IMG/VR virus record: IMGVR_UViG_3300014073_000001
DNA length: 64,000 nucleotides
Source: an uncultured virus (IMG/VR IMGVR_UViG_3300014073_000001)
Lineage: Duplodnaviria > Heunggongvirae > Uroviricota > Caudoviricetes
Direction: 5' to 3' (one strand)
Below, piece after piece: positions 51,762-61,278 of this stretch. The position numbers were made by a program, and so were the translations under genes. Position 1 is the first letter of the stretch. Every line of letters begins with the position of its first letter. A model generated the notes under the pieces. It saw only the letters and a list, made by a program, of their open reading frames with translations. It ran no database searches and was not told where the DNA came from.

Positions 51762-54653
51762 TTACAGTTGGTCTTTTACAGAAATCCGGTTACGAACCTC
51801 ACGAATTTCGTAGATTGGAACGATCTTGTAATCAATGTCGATGTACGAGAACTTCATGACTTTCGGATCAACAACCATGTTGAAGTCGTATGCTTCGATC
51901 AGGCGCCCTTTGATCTTGTCAAGATTAGATTTGATGGCAGTCTGCAAGCTGTTACGGTTAGCAGCATGGTTTTGTTTTCCGATGAATGGCTCAGCTGCTT
52001 GGCGGATCAGATCTTCTACTGCACCGATAATCCGGCTTGCTGCCAATCGGCGGAAAACAGAGCTGACAGGAGCCATCGTGATACCATCGGTAACTACGAT
52101 ACCCTTTGTGAAGGATTGCTTCAGGGTAACAATACCTTTCGAAGTCAACCGGGTTAACTGGTTGTTGGTCAGGTTGAACATGGGGTTAGTAATGTTAATC
52201 GGCTGATTGGTAGAGCTCTGATCAAGCGGTAAAGTAGAAACCATGCCAGCGTACCCGGCTGCACCAGTCGCCATGAAGCGATAGCCATCATCCATGTTGA
52301 CGAAGTATTGGGCGAAGATCACAGAGATGTTCTTACCGATCGGATACGGCATGTTGTTTCTGTCCAGCATGTTGCGGCCGGCGCTATTTTTAGCGTAGAG
52401 GTCGAATTCCACCTCAAGAAGAGCTTCAACTTTCTTAGCTATGCTGTTAAGACTCGTATCCATTAGACGTTTGCAACCGATTTTACCGAAGGTAGGAGCA
52501 GTCTTAAGCTCAGTGTAAGTACAATGCTGCGCCAGTTGACGAGCAAAGTTGTCCGTGGTTTTGTAAGGGATATATAAGTTATAGTCGTAACCAAGCTTAC
52601 GGTCATCACTCAGGGTGTACTCGCCAACGTCGAGAACGGCAGCGCCTACTTCAGAAACAAAATCGTCTTTTACTTCAGCACCTTTGTCTGTCAGATCAAA
52701 GGTGAAGTGATGAGCAAGAACTTCGTGTTCATTTAGGAATGCTACAAATTCCTCCAATGTCGTTGCATCGAAGATTGCTGACCTAATAATTACAGGGTTC
52801 GTTACAAAGTAATTATCTTGAGCATAGATCAACGTCTTATCGATGTTATCGGAAAGCATCGTCTTCAGGTCCCCTAGCGGTTTTACCTGAGTCAGAGGAT
52901 CCTCAATCACTTGGAAGACAAATACATGATCACAGCTCTGCCCAAGAACGTATTCTTTTGATCGGAATGTCGCTAACCCATTAGAGGTCGGAGTGACAAC
53001 TACTTTACTGAAGACCACAGAGCCGGCTACTATTTGCCCTTCGTAAATATTGCCATCGACGATGAACAGTTCGCCAACAAGTCCTTCTCCAGCAAGAGTT
53101 TCATAAGCAGATACACCAACACGAATCAACTTACCTTGACCAGTAGCGTCGATTAACATTACTTGAGTACCAGGCTTAACATTTTTAGTGTTAAGATCGG
53201 TGATGGCGCTAATGGAGGACAGTACGGGCAATACGCTTTCCGTGAAGATATCTTCTAAATTGTCAGAGGCAACATTAGTCAGATTTTCGAATTTGAATTT
53301 GTACGCTTTAGACGAAGTGTGGTCAGTTGAATCTACCTTTGGAGTAACACGGATCAATCCATCAAGAACGTCGACTTCTTCGGGAATCGCTACTAGAAAA
53401 TCGGCCGGGCGAGGAAGCTTCCCAGTAATGGCTTCGTCAGCAAATGCGCAGTTAAGGACACGATATTTAATAGTTGCATTTTCCAGCATGCTATAGATAC
53501 CGTCTTTGATCGCCATAATCCGGTTAACATTATCCATCGGAGTTTCTTTAATCCGGGGAGTAAGTTCGTTGCCAGCACCATCAATCCGGCGTTCTGCTTT
53601 TGCAGTAGCAGCAAAACCGCTACCTAGCCGTTTGTAAATCTCAAATGAAGTCAGGTTTACTTCTTCGTAGTCTTTGGTATCGAGCGCAAATGCACGCTCA
53701 GCAAGACCAGATACTTCGAGGAAGTCGAACTCTTTAATCATAGAGATATTTACGTCACGAAGAATGTCGCGAAGATCGGTTATGGACTCGGCATAAATCG
53801 GAAGGGAAGCAGCTACATCCGTATTGATTTTCAACTTTCTGTAGTAGAATCCATCAAAGGAGCTGTAAGGCTTCGAAGAAGTCCCATTCTCGATCAAATT
53901 GAATTTAACATCAGTGAAGCTGGTGCACTTAGTAGTGTCGCGGCCGATAAAGTACACGCCAGGATACATAGCGCCGATAGCAACTTCATACACCTCATTG
54001 GAGTTAGTGATATCAACTCCGTCGACATCGACTACAGACAACTTAATAACATTGTTGTAGTTATGCTCGTTTACAAGGCGAATCAGGTCAACTAACTTTC
54101 CATCGCGGCTGATACCATAGTCTTGATTCAAGCGAAGTTCAGTTACGAGAACTGCGGTATCACTAGTTACCAAACCACTCATTTTTTCAGCGATAGTTGC
54201 GCGGGAAGCAGGCTTATAGAACTTCAATGCTTCAGCGCCAGGAGTGTTGTCATAAAGCATATAGACTTGCTTGCCAAGGTTGCTCGGATTGGCAGCGGAT
54301 ACGCGAAGTTTCATGTTCAAATCTATTGCGAAGTCGAAATCCTTGAACAGTTCAATGCCGCCGATACGTACTGCGTAGATTGTTCTACAGCCACGATCCC
54401 AAGCATCCTGAACGCCTGCTACAAGATTGGCCTCCTGCTTGCTTTTGCTGTCGTAGGACTTACCGAAGATATAAGCTGCATGTTCAGGGCTGTATACTGG
54501 AGTAATAACTCCAACAGGACCATCAAATGCTGTGCCGATAATTACCTCGGAGTCGGTGGTGCCGAAGAGTGATGTGTCATACCCAAACGAGTAATCTGCC
54601 TCGATTTCGGTAATTACACCAGGTAGGTTGTTGTCATTGCTAAAAACACCCAT
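51762..54653 (-). CDS. Contractile tail sheath protein (963 aa)
   Basis: N-terminal LPGV..E...IIGTAFDGPV..ITPV and C-terminal sheath domain (AGYAGMVSTL...STN...QLTRLTSKGIV...VTDGIT...FIGK.N...RNSLQTAI...L). Confidence 0.85.
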   Translation of the reverse strand: MGVFSNDNNLPGVITEIEADYSFGYDTSLFGTTDSEVIIGTAFDGPVGVITPVYSPEHAAYIFGKSYDSKSKQEANLVAGVQDAWDRGCRTIYAVRIGGIELFKDFDFAIDLNMKLRVSAANPSNLGKQVYMLYDNTPGAEALKFYKPASRATIAEKMSGLVTSDTAVLVTELRLNQDYGISRDGKLVDLIRLVNEHNYNNVIKLSVVDVDGVDITNSNEVYEVAIGAMYPGVYFIGRDTTKCTSFTDVKFNLIENGTSSKPYSSFDGFYYRKLKINTDVAASLPIYAESITDLRDILRDVNISMIKEFDFLEVSGLAERAFALDTKDYEEVNLTSFEIYKRLGSGFAATAKAERRIDGAGNELTPRIKETPMDNVNRIMAIKDGIYSMLENATIKYRVLNCAFADEAITGKLPRPADFLVAIPEEVDVLDGLIRVTPKVDSTDHTSSKAYKFKFENLTNVASDNLEDIFTESVLPVLSSISAITDLNTKNVKPGTQVMLIDATGQGKLIRVGVSAYETLAGEGLVGELFIVDGNIYEGQIVAGSVVFSKVVVTPTSNGLATFRSKEYVLGQSCDHVFVFQVIEDPLTQVKPLGDLKTMLSDNIDKTLIYAQDNYFVTNPVIIRSAIFDATTLEEFVAFLNEHEVLAHHFTFDLTDKGAEVKDDFVSEVGAAVLDVGEYTLSDDRKLGYDYNLYIPYKTTDNFARQLAQHCTYTELKTAPTFGKIGCKRLMDTSLNSIAKKVEALLEVEFDLYAKNSAGRNMLDRNNMPYPIGKNISVIFAQYFVNMDDGYRFMATGAAGYAGMVSTLPLDQSSTNQPINITNPMFNLTNNQLTRLTSKGIVTLKQSFTKGIVVTDGITMAPVSSVFRRLAASRIIGAVEDLIRQAAEPFIGKQNHAANRNSLQTAIKSNLDKIKGRLIEAYDFNMVVDPKVMKFSYIDIDYKIVPIYEIREVRNRISVKDQL

Positions 54654-54675
54654 GTTTTTGCCTCCTTTATTGTGG

Positions 54676-55323
54676 TTAAATTATTGTGATTTCCTCAATT
54701 TCAGACTCGAACACGGCTGTCAGCTTTTCGATTTCCAAGTAGTATTGGAGACTACGAGCTGACAATGGTTGCCGGAATATGTCCAAATTCTTGTCAGTAA
54801 AGTGTTTTTGAAACAATATTTCAGCTACCCCATTTCGTTTGAAGTAAGGAGTATAACTGAATATCAAGCTTTCAAAATCATTCATTACTGCATTAACTGT
54901 GCTATAATCACAAGCGAGAAAATTAAATTGTACAATTACGCTAAATTTTTGCCCCCAAATACGCCCTTGCCGATTACTCCTCTTGTCATTAGACGCTTCG
55001 ACGATGGCTTCACGTTCACGTGGCTTAAGCTCAAGTTTAGGCTTGCGTTCAATGACTTCGTAGAATATGTATGGATTCTCCAAAGACTTAGATGGATCAA
55101 CCACCAAACGCGCACCCTCATCTGGCTTAAAAATAACATTGCGTTTCTTCATAGTTTTAGAAACGAGCATGGCAACCATTTCTATGAAGTCTTGCAACGA
55201 AGCGCTCTTATTGGCCTTTTGAGGAGTTTGATTAGCATTTTTTGGTACGTAGTTGAGCGGCAATATATTGTTGTCGTTATCGACTTTATCTTGAAGTAAC
55301 CGTTCCAAATCTTTGGGATCCAT
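54676..55323 (-). CDS. Tail completion/terminator-like protein
   Basis: Located upstream of the sheath gene. LKPREREA...WGQKF..IVQFN...FE.LIF.Y..YFK.NGV motif. Confidence 0.5.
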   Translation of the reverse strand: MDPKDLERLLQDKVDNDNNILPLNYVPKNANQTPQKANKSASLQDFIEMVAMLVSKTMKKRNVIFKPDEGARLVVDPSKSLENPYIFYEVIERKPKLELKPREREAIVEASNDKRSNRQGRIWGQKFSVIVQFNFLACDYSTVNAVMNDFESLIFSYTPYFKRNGVAEILFQKHFTDKNLDIFRQPLSARSLQYYLEIEKLTAVFESEIEEITII

Positions 55324-56339
55324 TAAACTTCAACTCCTATTCCAATAGAACACTTCTCAATAGAATGAACCGTCCATATGTCGAAACGATTCAGTACTAC
55401 GACTGTTCCCGGGTCGCTTTGGTATGAGGTAATTGATTCAATACGAAAATCCTCTATAATATACCCCTTAAGGGATTGCAAGAATGTTTTGAGCTTCTGC
55501 TCGATGCGAAGCTTCTGATAACCGGTAAACAGCTTTCCTTTGAATTCGGAGAAGTCGATTTCACGCTTAATATATTTAACAATTCGATCGATTGTTACGA
55601 TCTTTTGAGGCCCGTCTTCCCTAAAGTTCAAGAGATTTTCAATCGATGTTTCCGCTATCGAGTTATTCTTGAAAAATGCCAGCTCACTACCGACATCGAA
55701 CGTATCGATATTGAATATTGCCGGCCCGAATGCTAAGGTCGGATAGCTATCAAGGTCACATACACATAAGGCGCTTGCTAATACAACGTTCGCTAACGGA
55801 TAGTTAGCGAGGTTGTTAGCAACAAAAATCAAATTCTGGCCTTGTAGGTTCTTTGAAGAATTGATGTGAAACTGACTGATAAGCTCCTCCATTTCACCGA
55901 TAAAACCATCTAAGTCTTCGTATAGCGAGGCGTGCTTGTCGGTAACTATGAGAGTAGAGTCATTAAAGCCGCCGATCTCTTCCAGGATGTATTGAAAATA
56001 TGTGATGCGCTTATTGTCGTGATAGGCATCGTTATAACCATCAGACATGAAAAGATTTACCGGAACGATATAGGTAAAATCATTGTGTTTGAGCGTAGTT
56101 ACAATATCAAAATAGTCGTGGTTTCGTTTGACATTTATTAAGAAGATGTTCTCGACGCCAAATCCTTTTGCGACCTTGAAAGCGCTTGTTAATTTACATT
56201 CTCCATAGCTTTCGATCACGGCCTGAATGGTGTCGAAATACGTTACTTCATTTAGCTTGTAGTTGGTTTTTGCCGTACCGATAAGTACCATGTTCTTGTG
56301 TTTATCAATTGTCTGCATTATCTCTGCCATGCTAACCAC
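55323..56339 (-). CDS. Short sheath-like protein
   Basis: VLIGTA...V...YG...LT.AF..A N-terminus and C-terminal RIVKYIKR..DF.EFKGK...KI...L..FL..L...I.DF.I both resemble sheath terminal domains. Confidence 0.45.
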   Translation of the reverse strand: MVSMAEIMQTIDKHKNMVLIGTAKTNYKLNEVTYFDTIQAVIESYGECKLTSAFKVAKGFGVENIFLINVKRNHDYFDIVTTLKHNDFTYIVPVNLFMSDGYNDAYHDNKRITYFQYILEEIGGFNDSTLIVTDKHASLYEDLDGFIGEMEELISQFHINSSKNLQGQNLIFVANNLANYPLANVVLASALCVCDLDSYPTLAFGPAIFNIDTFDVGSELAFFKNNSIAETSIENLLNFREDGPQKIVTIDRIVKYIKREIDFSEFKGKLFTGYQKLRIEQKLKTFLQSLKGYIIEDFRIESITSYQSDPGTVVVLNRFDIWTVHSIEKCSIGIGVEV

Positions 56340-56778
56340 GCCCTATAATTTTATTGAAGTTCTGAAGGAAGGTCTGGATACTTACCTTCTTGGGCGTGGT
56401 TACGCACTTATAGTATAACGGCACCTGGTGATCACCCCGAATCTTCTCCAGTCGCTGTACGACATCAACTTCCATGCCATTAACAAAGATGTTATCCTGA
56501 TAGATTGGAGTATTACCCTTTACGTAGTAGACTCTGGTAGTTGCCTTCTCTCCCACGCTCTGTAAGCGAATAGAAACTTTACTATTTTGGCTTACACCTT
56601 TGATCTTTTTAATCCGAATCTTCTTTCCTGTCCCCAAACACTTTGGACAACAAATTACGGCCTGCTTAGTCGTGAAATTTACACAGCTGCAGTCTATTTT
56701 GAACTCCTGCTGCACCACGAACATCTCACAGGAAACCTTGTTCAATACTTTAAGAATGCTGCTATTAAATGGGTTCAC
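56332..56778 (-). CDS. Head-closure/neck-like protein with Zn-finger motif
   Basis: CSC-x10-CPKCLGTG motif in the neck-gene position. Confidence 0.55.
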   Translation of the reverse strand: MNPFNSSILKVLNKVSCEMFVVQQEFKIDCSCVNFTTKQAVICCPKCLGTGKKIRIKKIKGVSQNSKVSIRLQSVGEKATTRVYYVKGNTPIYQDNIFVNGMEVDVVQRLEKIRGDHQVPLYYKCVTTPKKVSIQTFLQNFNKIIGRG

Positions 56779-57377
56779 TCATCATTCCTCCTGAGCCCGT
56801 GCCCGGGTAACATTTGAGGATAGTCGCTGTTAGCACGGCTTTCATTTTTGTAACCACGTACTGCATCTTCCCATTTTTCAAGCTCATCCTTAAGAATTTT
56901 AATTAGGTCTTGTATGCCCTCAAAACGTGTTGCGTTTTCAAACGTAATATCACCCAGCGTTCCTTTTGAACCACTATCGGCTACTTTCTCAACATATGCT
57001 TTTAGCAAAGCATCAAGGGAAGCTTTCGTTTTAACGAATTGCTCCACCTCAAAAATGATAGAACCGTCGGTGTTTGTTACTGTTCCTGTGCCCTTTAGAT
57101 AATCGGCATACCGCGATGCCTCCCGTATGTAATACAGCAGCTTATCCTCTGGTATACCAAATACTTCTACTAGTGCGTTAACATCCTCTATGGTGCAATA
57201 CGAAGGTGTCAGCTCAGTAACTACCTTAAGAGTTAAAGATTCAAGCTTTTTGTTCTTATTAGGAGCTTTTAATCCCTTAATGCGGATTTCATATACCGAA
57301 TTGTTTTTAATTGCTTCAGCAGGAGTAATTTCTAAGAAATTATCAAAAACTTTATAAGTTGTCTGCACTCGTTCCAT
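56775..57377 (-). CDS. Neck/adaptor-like protein
   Basis: 200 aa. TPSYCTIEDV...IREASRYAD...TLGD motif typical of head-tail adaptor-like proteins. Confidence 0.5.
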   Translation of the reverse strand: MERVQTTYKVFDNFLEITPAEAIKNNSVYEIRIKGLKAPNKNKKLESLTLKVVTELTPSYCTIEDVNALVEVFGIPEDKLLYYIREASRYADYLKGTGTVTNTDGSIIFEVEQFVKTKASLDALLKAYVEKVADSGSKGTLGDITFENATRFEGIQDLIKILKDELEKWEDAVRGYKNESRANSDYPQMLPGHGLRRNDE

Positions 57378-58148
57378 TTATAACGTCCTCCTTGTTACAA
57401 GGATTTCAATATTCTCAGTATCAAGGTTTCCGTCAAATTCAATCAAGAAAGAGTTTGGTGTGACGCCATTTACTGGTGTCGACACAACAATTAGCTCGTC
57501 ATCATAGGCCGGAGCGTCACCCGGATTAGGAGCAGGCACATTCGAAGTTTTCTTATGCAGGAAAGTAATCACATCACTCCAACTACCATACTGGTTGCCA
57601 GATTGGGCACGTATACGTACGTAATATTGGCCTTCAGGGATATCCGTTAAGCTGATCTCGTTTTTGTCATACACATTGGTCGCAGTGACAAGGTTATAGA
57701 ATGCATTCTCCTTGGCAATTTCTATATAATAAGAATTGACTAGATCCATGTCTTCTTTAGCTAACTTTTCAGTCCAGGCTAATTTCAGCTTATTAACTTC
57801 TTCATAGTCGCTTGGGCTGGTGACCACCACAGTAGATGTAATTTCACTAGGAAAAATTATCTTGCGCTTAAGAGCAGCAGATAAGGCTTCATCTGTGATA
57901 GATTTAATTCCAGTCTGAACGACCAGCATGTACTCAACATTAGGAACAGGCCAATCTTTGAGATCGAGTTCAATAATCGGACCGTTTACTGCTAGATCGT
58001 AGTTCATAATCCGACTTGAGTAACGACTGGTCAGAGTGATTGTATCGACAGTTACTGAGTCTTCGTCGACATCCAGCGTACACTCGATGTATACCTTCTT
58101 ATCTTTTAAAGATGCTGCTATCCCCAGGATATCGAATTTCTGGTACAT
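57378..58148 (-). CDS. Ig/fibronectin-III-like virion protein
   Basis: 256 aa. FN3-like GQYYVRIRAQSGNQYGSWSDV. Confidence 0.55.
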   Translation of the reverse strand: MYQKFDILGIAASLKDKKVYIECTLDVDEDSVTVDTITLTSRYSSRIMNYDLAVNGPIIELDLKDWPVPNVEYMLVVQTGIKSITDEALSAALKRKIIFPSEITSTVVVTSPSDYEEVNKLKLAWTEKLAKEDMDLVNSYYIEIAKENAFYNLVTATNVYDKNEISLTDIPEGQYYVRIRAQSGNQYGSWSDVITFLHKKTSNVPAPNPGDAPAYDDELIVVSTPVNGVTPNSFLIEFDGNLDTENIEILVTRRTL

Positions 58149-58152
58149 ACAA

Positions 58153-58653
58153 TCACACCTTTACTGGCACATTTTTTTTTCTTGCGGCTGGTTCTCTTTC
58201 CGGCGCCTTCTTCAGCAACTTTCTCAGCTGCTTCTTGGGCACTTCAGCTGCCTTTTCAAGAACGACAATATCAACTACACCGGATTCTTCAGCAAGAGTA
58301 CCGACTACGGGAGCGGTTTTTATTTCGACTGAATCTTCGACAACAGGCACTACGTCAATAACTGACTCGGTCACAGAAACGGCTGTAGTATCCTCTACTG
58401 CAAAAGCAGGAGCTACTGCTCCGGTAAATCTATTACCTTTCTTTCCAAGGTCAAGCTTCTTCTCTTCACCGAGAGAGCCGGACAACAGACGCAAACGACC
58501 AGACTTTACAGACCGGCGAAGTTGTGTGCAATTTGTACCTGCCAAAATTTCTCTTAGCGGATTGCTCTGTGTCAAATGAATACGACTTAACTCGTCATAA
58601 TAGCCGGACTCGCCTATATTCAGTCTTACTACTGCAATAATCTCTTTACTCAT
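58153..58653 (-). CDS. Hypothetical phage protein (gene expected directly downstream of major capsid)
   Basis: 166 aa. N-terminal GYYDELSRIHLT..NP...LRRSVKSGRL block and low-complexity C-terminus. The synteny claim is from recall. Confidence 0.5.
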   Translation of the reverse strand: MSKEIIAVVRLNIGESGYYDELSRIHLTQSNPLREILAGTNCTQLRRSVKSGRLRLLSGSLGEEKKLDLGKKGNRFTGAVAPAFAVEDTTAVSVTESVIDVVPVVEDSVEIKTAPVVGTLAEESGVVDIVVLEKAAEVPKKQLRKLLKKAPEREPAARKKNVPVKV

Positions 58654-58687
58654 TGAATCCCTCTCCCTTACGAAAGTTTAATTTTAT

Positions 58688-58813
58688 TTACCCAAATATG
58701 AGATAAATAGCGGTTACCGAATAGCCGTTATAAGGCGCGTTTTTGCTGCTACCAGGTGCTTCATAGAGAATTTGTTGCTCTATAGGATTCAGCTTCTTTC
58801 GCCAAAACATCAA
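58688..58813 (-). pseudogene. Short stub (possible portal N-terminus remnant)
   Basis: GGTGAGG RBS, then ATA TAA TTA TCT GAT TTG ATG TTT TGG CGA AAG AAG (x*LSDLMFWRKK...). A 40-codon ORF in the slot where head genes are expected. Confidence 0.25.
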
Positions 58814-58867
58814 ATCAGATAATTATATGGCCTCACCGTCACTTAAGTGGTTGCTAAGTCTTTGTTA

Positions 58868-59941
58868 TTATTTTTTTGCAGTTTCTGCCTTAGACATTGC
58901 GATACTTTCTTGCGTCGCGTAGATGTTAACACCGTTCTTTAGCAACGTCCCTTTAGCCTGAGATTCCTTCTTGCTCATAGCTAACGTATCATCAATAATC
59001 ATTACCGATGCATTTAGGTATTTGTACACATCATAAAGAGATTGATTGTACTTTTTGTTATATTGGGCCCTAGACTCGCGCAAGAGTGTGTTGCTTTGCG
59101 AGTTGAGATAAGTCTCACTATCGCCGTACTTCGCCGCGTAATAGCGCTCACGCTGCTTCTCAGCGGCATATAAGGAGCGTATATGCATCATTGTCTGATC
59201 AATATTGTGTGTTTTCTTAAATAGCCGAGTTTTCTGCTCCCTTACTACCTGAGAACGGACAATATAGTCACCGAGATGCTTTAGATTGGGATTACGTATA
59301 ATAACGGCCGTTCCGTCATAAGGCCTTGTCAGTTCTGCTATATCAGAAAGACCGGTCTCTGACATAATCATGATCATATCTTGTAAATATCTTTGCATAA
59401 CCGTCTGTAGTTTCTTGGTATAATCCTCTTTCAAATCAATAAGATCTTGCTTGTATGTGTTCTCGGCGATCTCTACCAAGGACTTAGGTGTAATAATTTC
59501 AATTTTAATAGCTGTGGAGTTTGGCAATAACTCTGGGAGCTCAGGATCTAGATACTCATATTCATCAATTAATTCGAGAACTGGCGGCAAATCTGGCAAC
59601 GATTCTTCCACCTCCGGATTATATACTTCCGTAATTGGTACATCCGATGGTTCTGGCTCTCCTTCGGGGAATATTATCTTAATTTGCTCAATTATTGGAT
59701 TTATTGGCCCCTCTATGATTGCAGGAAGGTCACCCGGTAAAAACTGGGCTACTTCTTTAATTTCCTCAAGGTCTTCTATTAGTTGTGTTAACCGGTCCTT
59801 CGCTGGAGTCGTTTCCTCTGGGGTAACCACTACTGTGGTTGTTCCCTGCTCGGGTATCAACGCATCAGAGTGATAATCGCGTTCCGGCTGCAAATCGGGT
59901 TTGTAAAAAAGACTTTCTTTATTATCCATGCTGTAATTCAC
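58868..59941 (-). CDS. Hypothetical phage protein (357 aa), Pro/Glu-rich N-terminal half
   Basis: Long ORF with a YKPDLQPERDY motif. Confidence 0.6.
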   Translation of the reverse strand: MNYSMDNKESLFYKPDLQPERDYHSDALIPEQGTTTVVVTPEETTPAKDRLTQLIEDLEEIKEVAQFLPGDLPAIIEGPINPIIEQIKIIFPEGEPEPSDVPITEVYNPEVEESLPDLPPVLELIDEYEYLDPELPELLPNSTAIKIEIITPKSLVEIAENTYKQDLIDLKEDYTKKLQTVMQRYLQDMIMIMSETGLSDIAELTRPYDGTAVIIRNPNLKHLGDYIVRSQVVREQKTRLFKKTHNIDQTMMHIRSLYAAEKQRERYYAAKYGDSETYLNSQSNTLLRESRAQYNKKYNQSLYDVYKYLNASVMIIDDTLAMSKKESQAKGTLLKNGVNIYATQESIAMSKAETAKK

Positions 59942-59962
59942 TCCTCATATAAGGAAAAGTAT

Positions 59963-60005
59963 AAAAAAAAGGGGACGCTAGACGGAGGGAGATATCTAGC
60001 GTCCC
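59963..60005 (-). terminator. Rho-independent terminator
   Basis: GGGACGCTAGA...TCTAGCGTCCC stem, followed on the minus strand by a T8 tract. Confidence 0.7.
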
Positions 60006-60045
60006 GCTGGAAGGATATATAGCACCGGCTGGGAGTGACCGGAAA

Positions 60046-60183
60046 CTACCACATTGATCTACCACCGCTATTACCTCCTCACCCGCCCATTCGTGATCCT
60101 CATGAAAGTGCCCAGGATTGCCAGAATCGCCTTGAACTTTGCACGCTCAACTAGAGATATTTTATATAGGATGGTATATTCAT
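60046..60183 (-). pseudogene. Collapsed gene remnant, likely terminase large subunit (N- and C-terminal ends fused)
   Basis: After an AAAGGAG RBS the fragments read ISLVERAKFKAILA and, in another frame, S*GSRMGG*GGNSGGRSMW*. The identity is from recalled similarity to large-myophage terminases plus position. Confidence 0.4.
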
Positions 60184-60191
60184 CTCCTTTA

Positions 60192-60779
60192 TTACATGCC
60201 CGGTCTTGGAGCTTGTCCATAGAGCTGTGCATTGCTTTGCTGTCCTCGACTGCTGGCCAAGGAGCTTACCACACCTGCGGTCACTAATGCGCTAGCACCA
60301 ATTTTTCGAATGCTATTTCCATAGAGGTTATCTGTCGTTGTCAGGCCTTTCTTCAAATGCGCTGAATGATGTCCATACACGTCGCCCGCCATTTGGCTTA
60401 CAGACATGCTTTCCTGCCCTTTGATGTTATAGCCTTTGGCAACCTCTACCCTGCTTACCTCAGACTGTATTGCACCGATAGCGGCATCATATTGGTTTTG
60501 CACTTGCTGGACCTGATATTGCTTGCCTTTAGTTACACTCAATCCAGCTTCGAAAATCTTGCGGTCTGCAGATTTAACTCTCGTTTCCATAAGCTCTGCC
60601 CCTTCGGCTGCAGATTGGGTGGCTTTCCTTCGCTGCGCCGTTCGTTCAAATTTATATAAACTGCCTATTCTGCCCCCGCTGCTATTTGGAGCAATATCAC
60701 TTACAAAACCGCCTTGCATTTCAGCAGAAGTCTTTCTGCCTCTTCGGAATAGTTGACCGGCTTTTGCTAAATTACTCAA
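60192..60779 (-). CDS. Small virion/ejection-type protein with C-terminal hydrophobic Gly/Ala segment
   Basis: 195 aa, C-terminal IGASALVTAGVVSSLASSRGQQSNAQLYGQ. Confidence 0.55.
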   Translation of the reverse strand: MSNLAKAGQLFRRGRKTSAEMQGGFVSDIAPNSSGGRIGSLYKFERTAQRRKATQSAAEGAELMETRVKSADRKIFEAGLSVTKGKQYQVQQVQNQYDAAIGAIQSEVSRVEVAKGYNIKGQESMSVSQMAGDVYGHHSAHLKKGLTTTDNLYGNSIRKIGASALVTAGVVSSLASSRGQQSNAQLYGQAPRPGM

Positions 60780-60793
60780 TGTAGCTACACCAC

Positions 60794-61255
60794 CTATCTA
60801 TGCATGTATTTAGCCTCGTTTCCTAGCATCGTCTGCTGAAGGCTATATTTGGATTTTTGTGCCAATGCCATTCCAGCTTGACGCATTGTATATACTTGCT
60901 GAGAATCAGTAAACTGTGCATTATTAAATGGTCTTTGAGTGCTTTGTTGAGCTAACTGACGACCATACTGATCATAGGATTCTGCAATGCTAACAGTTGC
61001 AGATGGGAGTTCGGTAATTCCTATGTAAGCGGCATACCCCCATGGCCCCATGATCATCGGTAATGCCTCTTCAGCTACCGCGTTACCAATAGATGCTATT
61101 ACTCCATTGCCTTCTTTTCGGGCTGTAGAATAGTCCATATATTTGAAACCAAGGTCTATGCCTGTGTTAACTGCGTCACCTATACTTATTTTACCACCTA
61201 CCTTACCGCCAAGTTTTTTTACCATGTCGGTTGTCGCTCTCAACAATGACGCCAT
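60794..61255 (-). CDS. Small phage protein (expected upstream of terminase in large myophages)
   Basis: 153 aa with GGAGAGG RBS. C-terminal F.DSQQ.YTMRQ...LGNEAKYMHR motif. Confidence 0.6.
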   Translation of the reverse strand: MASLLRATTDMVKKLGGKVGGKISIGDAVNTGIDLGFKYMDYSTARKEGNGVIASIGNAVAEEALPMIMGPWGYAAYIGITELPSATVSIAESYDQYGRQLAQQSTQRPFNNAQFTDSQQVYTMRQAGMALAQKSKYSLQQTMLGNEAKYMHR

Positions 61256-61278
61256 AGTTAACCCCTCTCCTATACATA

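Noticed and set aside
23222..55323. Canonical Afp/PVC eCIS or T6SS
   Set aside because: I recognise no Afp15-like AAA+ ATPase, ClpV, membrane complex or split TssB/C sheath. Gene sizes and order are those of a large myophage.
60046..60110. TGA stop-codon recoding suggested by two in-frame TGAs in the GGRSMW stub
   Set aside because: Long genes translate cleanly in code 11 and several end at TGA (e.g. 6238, 26962). Pseudogene decay is the simpler explanation.
280..60756. Numerous 60-215 aa plus-strand and nested minus-strand ORFs in the track
   Set aside because: They are antisense or alternate-frame shadows of long minus-strand genes, with no RBS or recognisable motifs.
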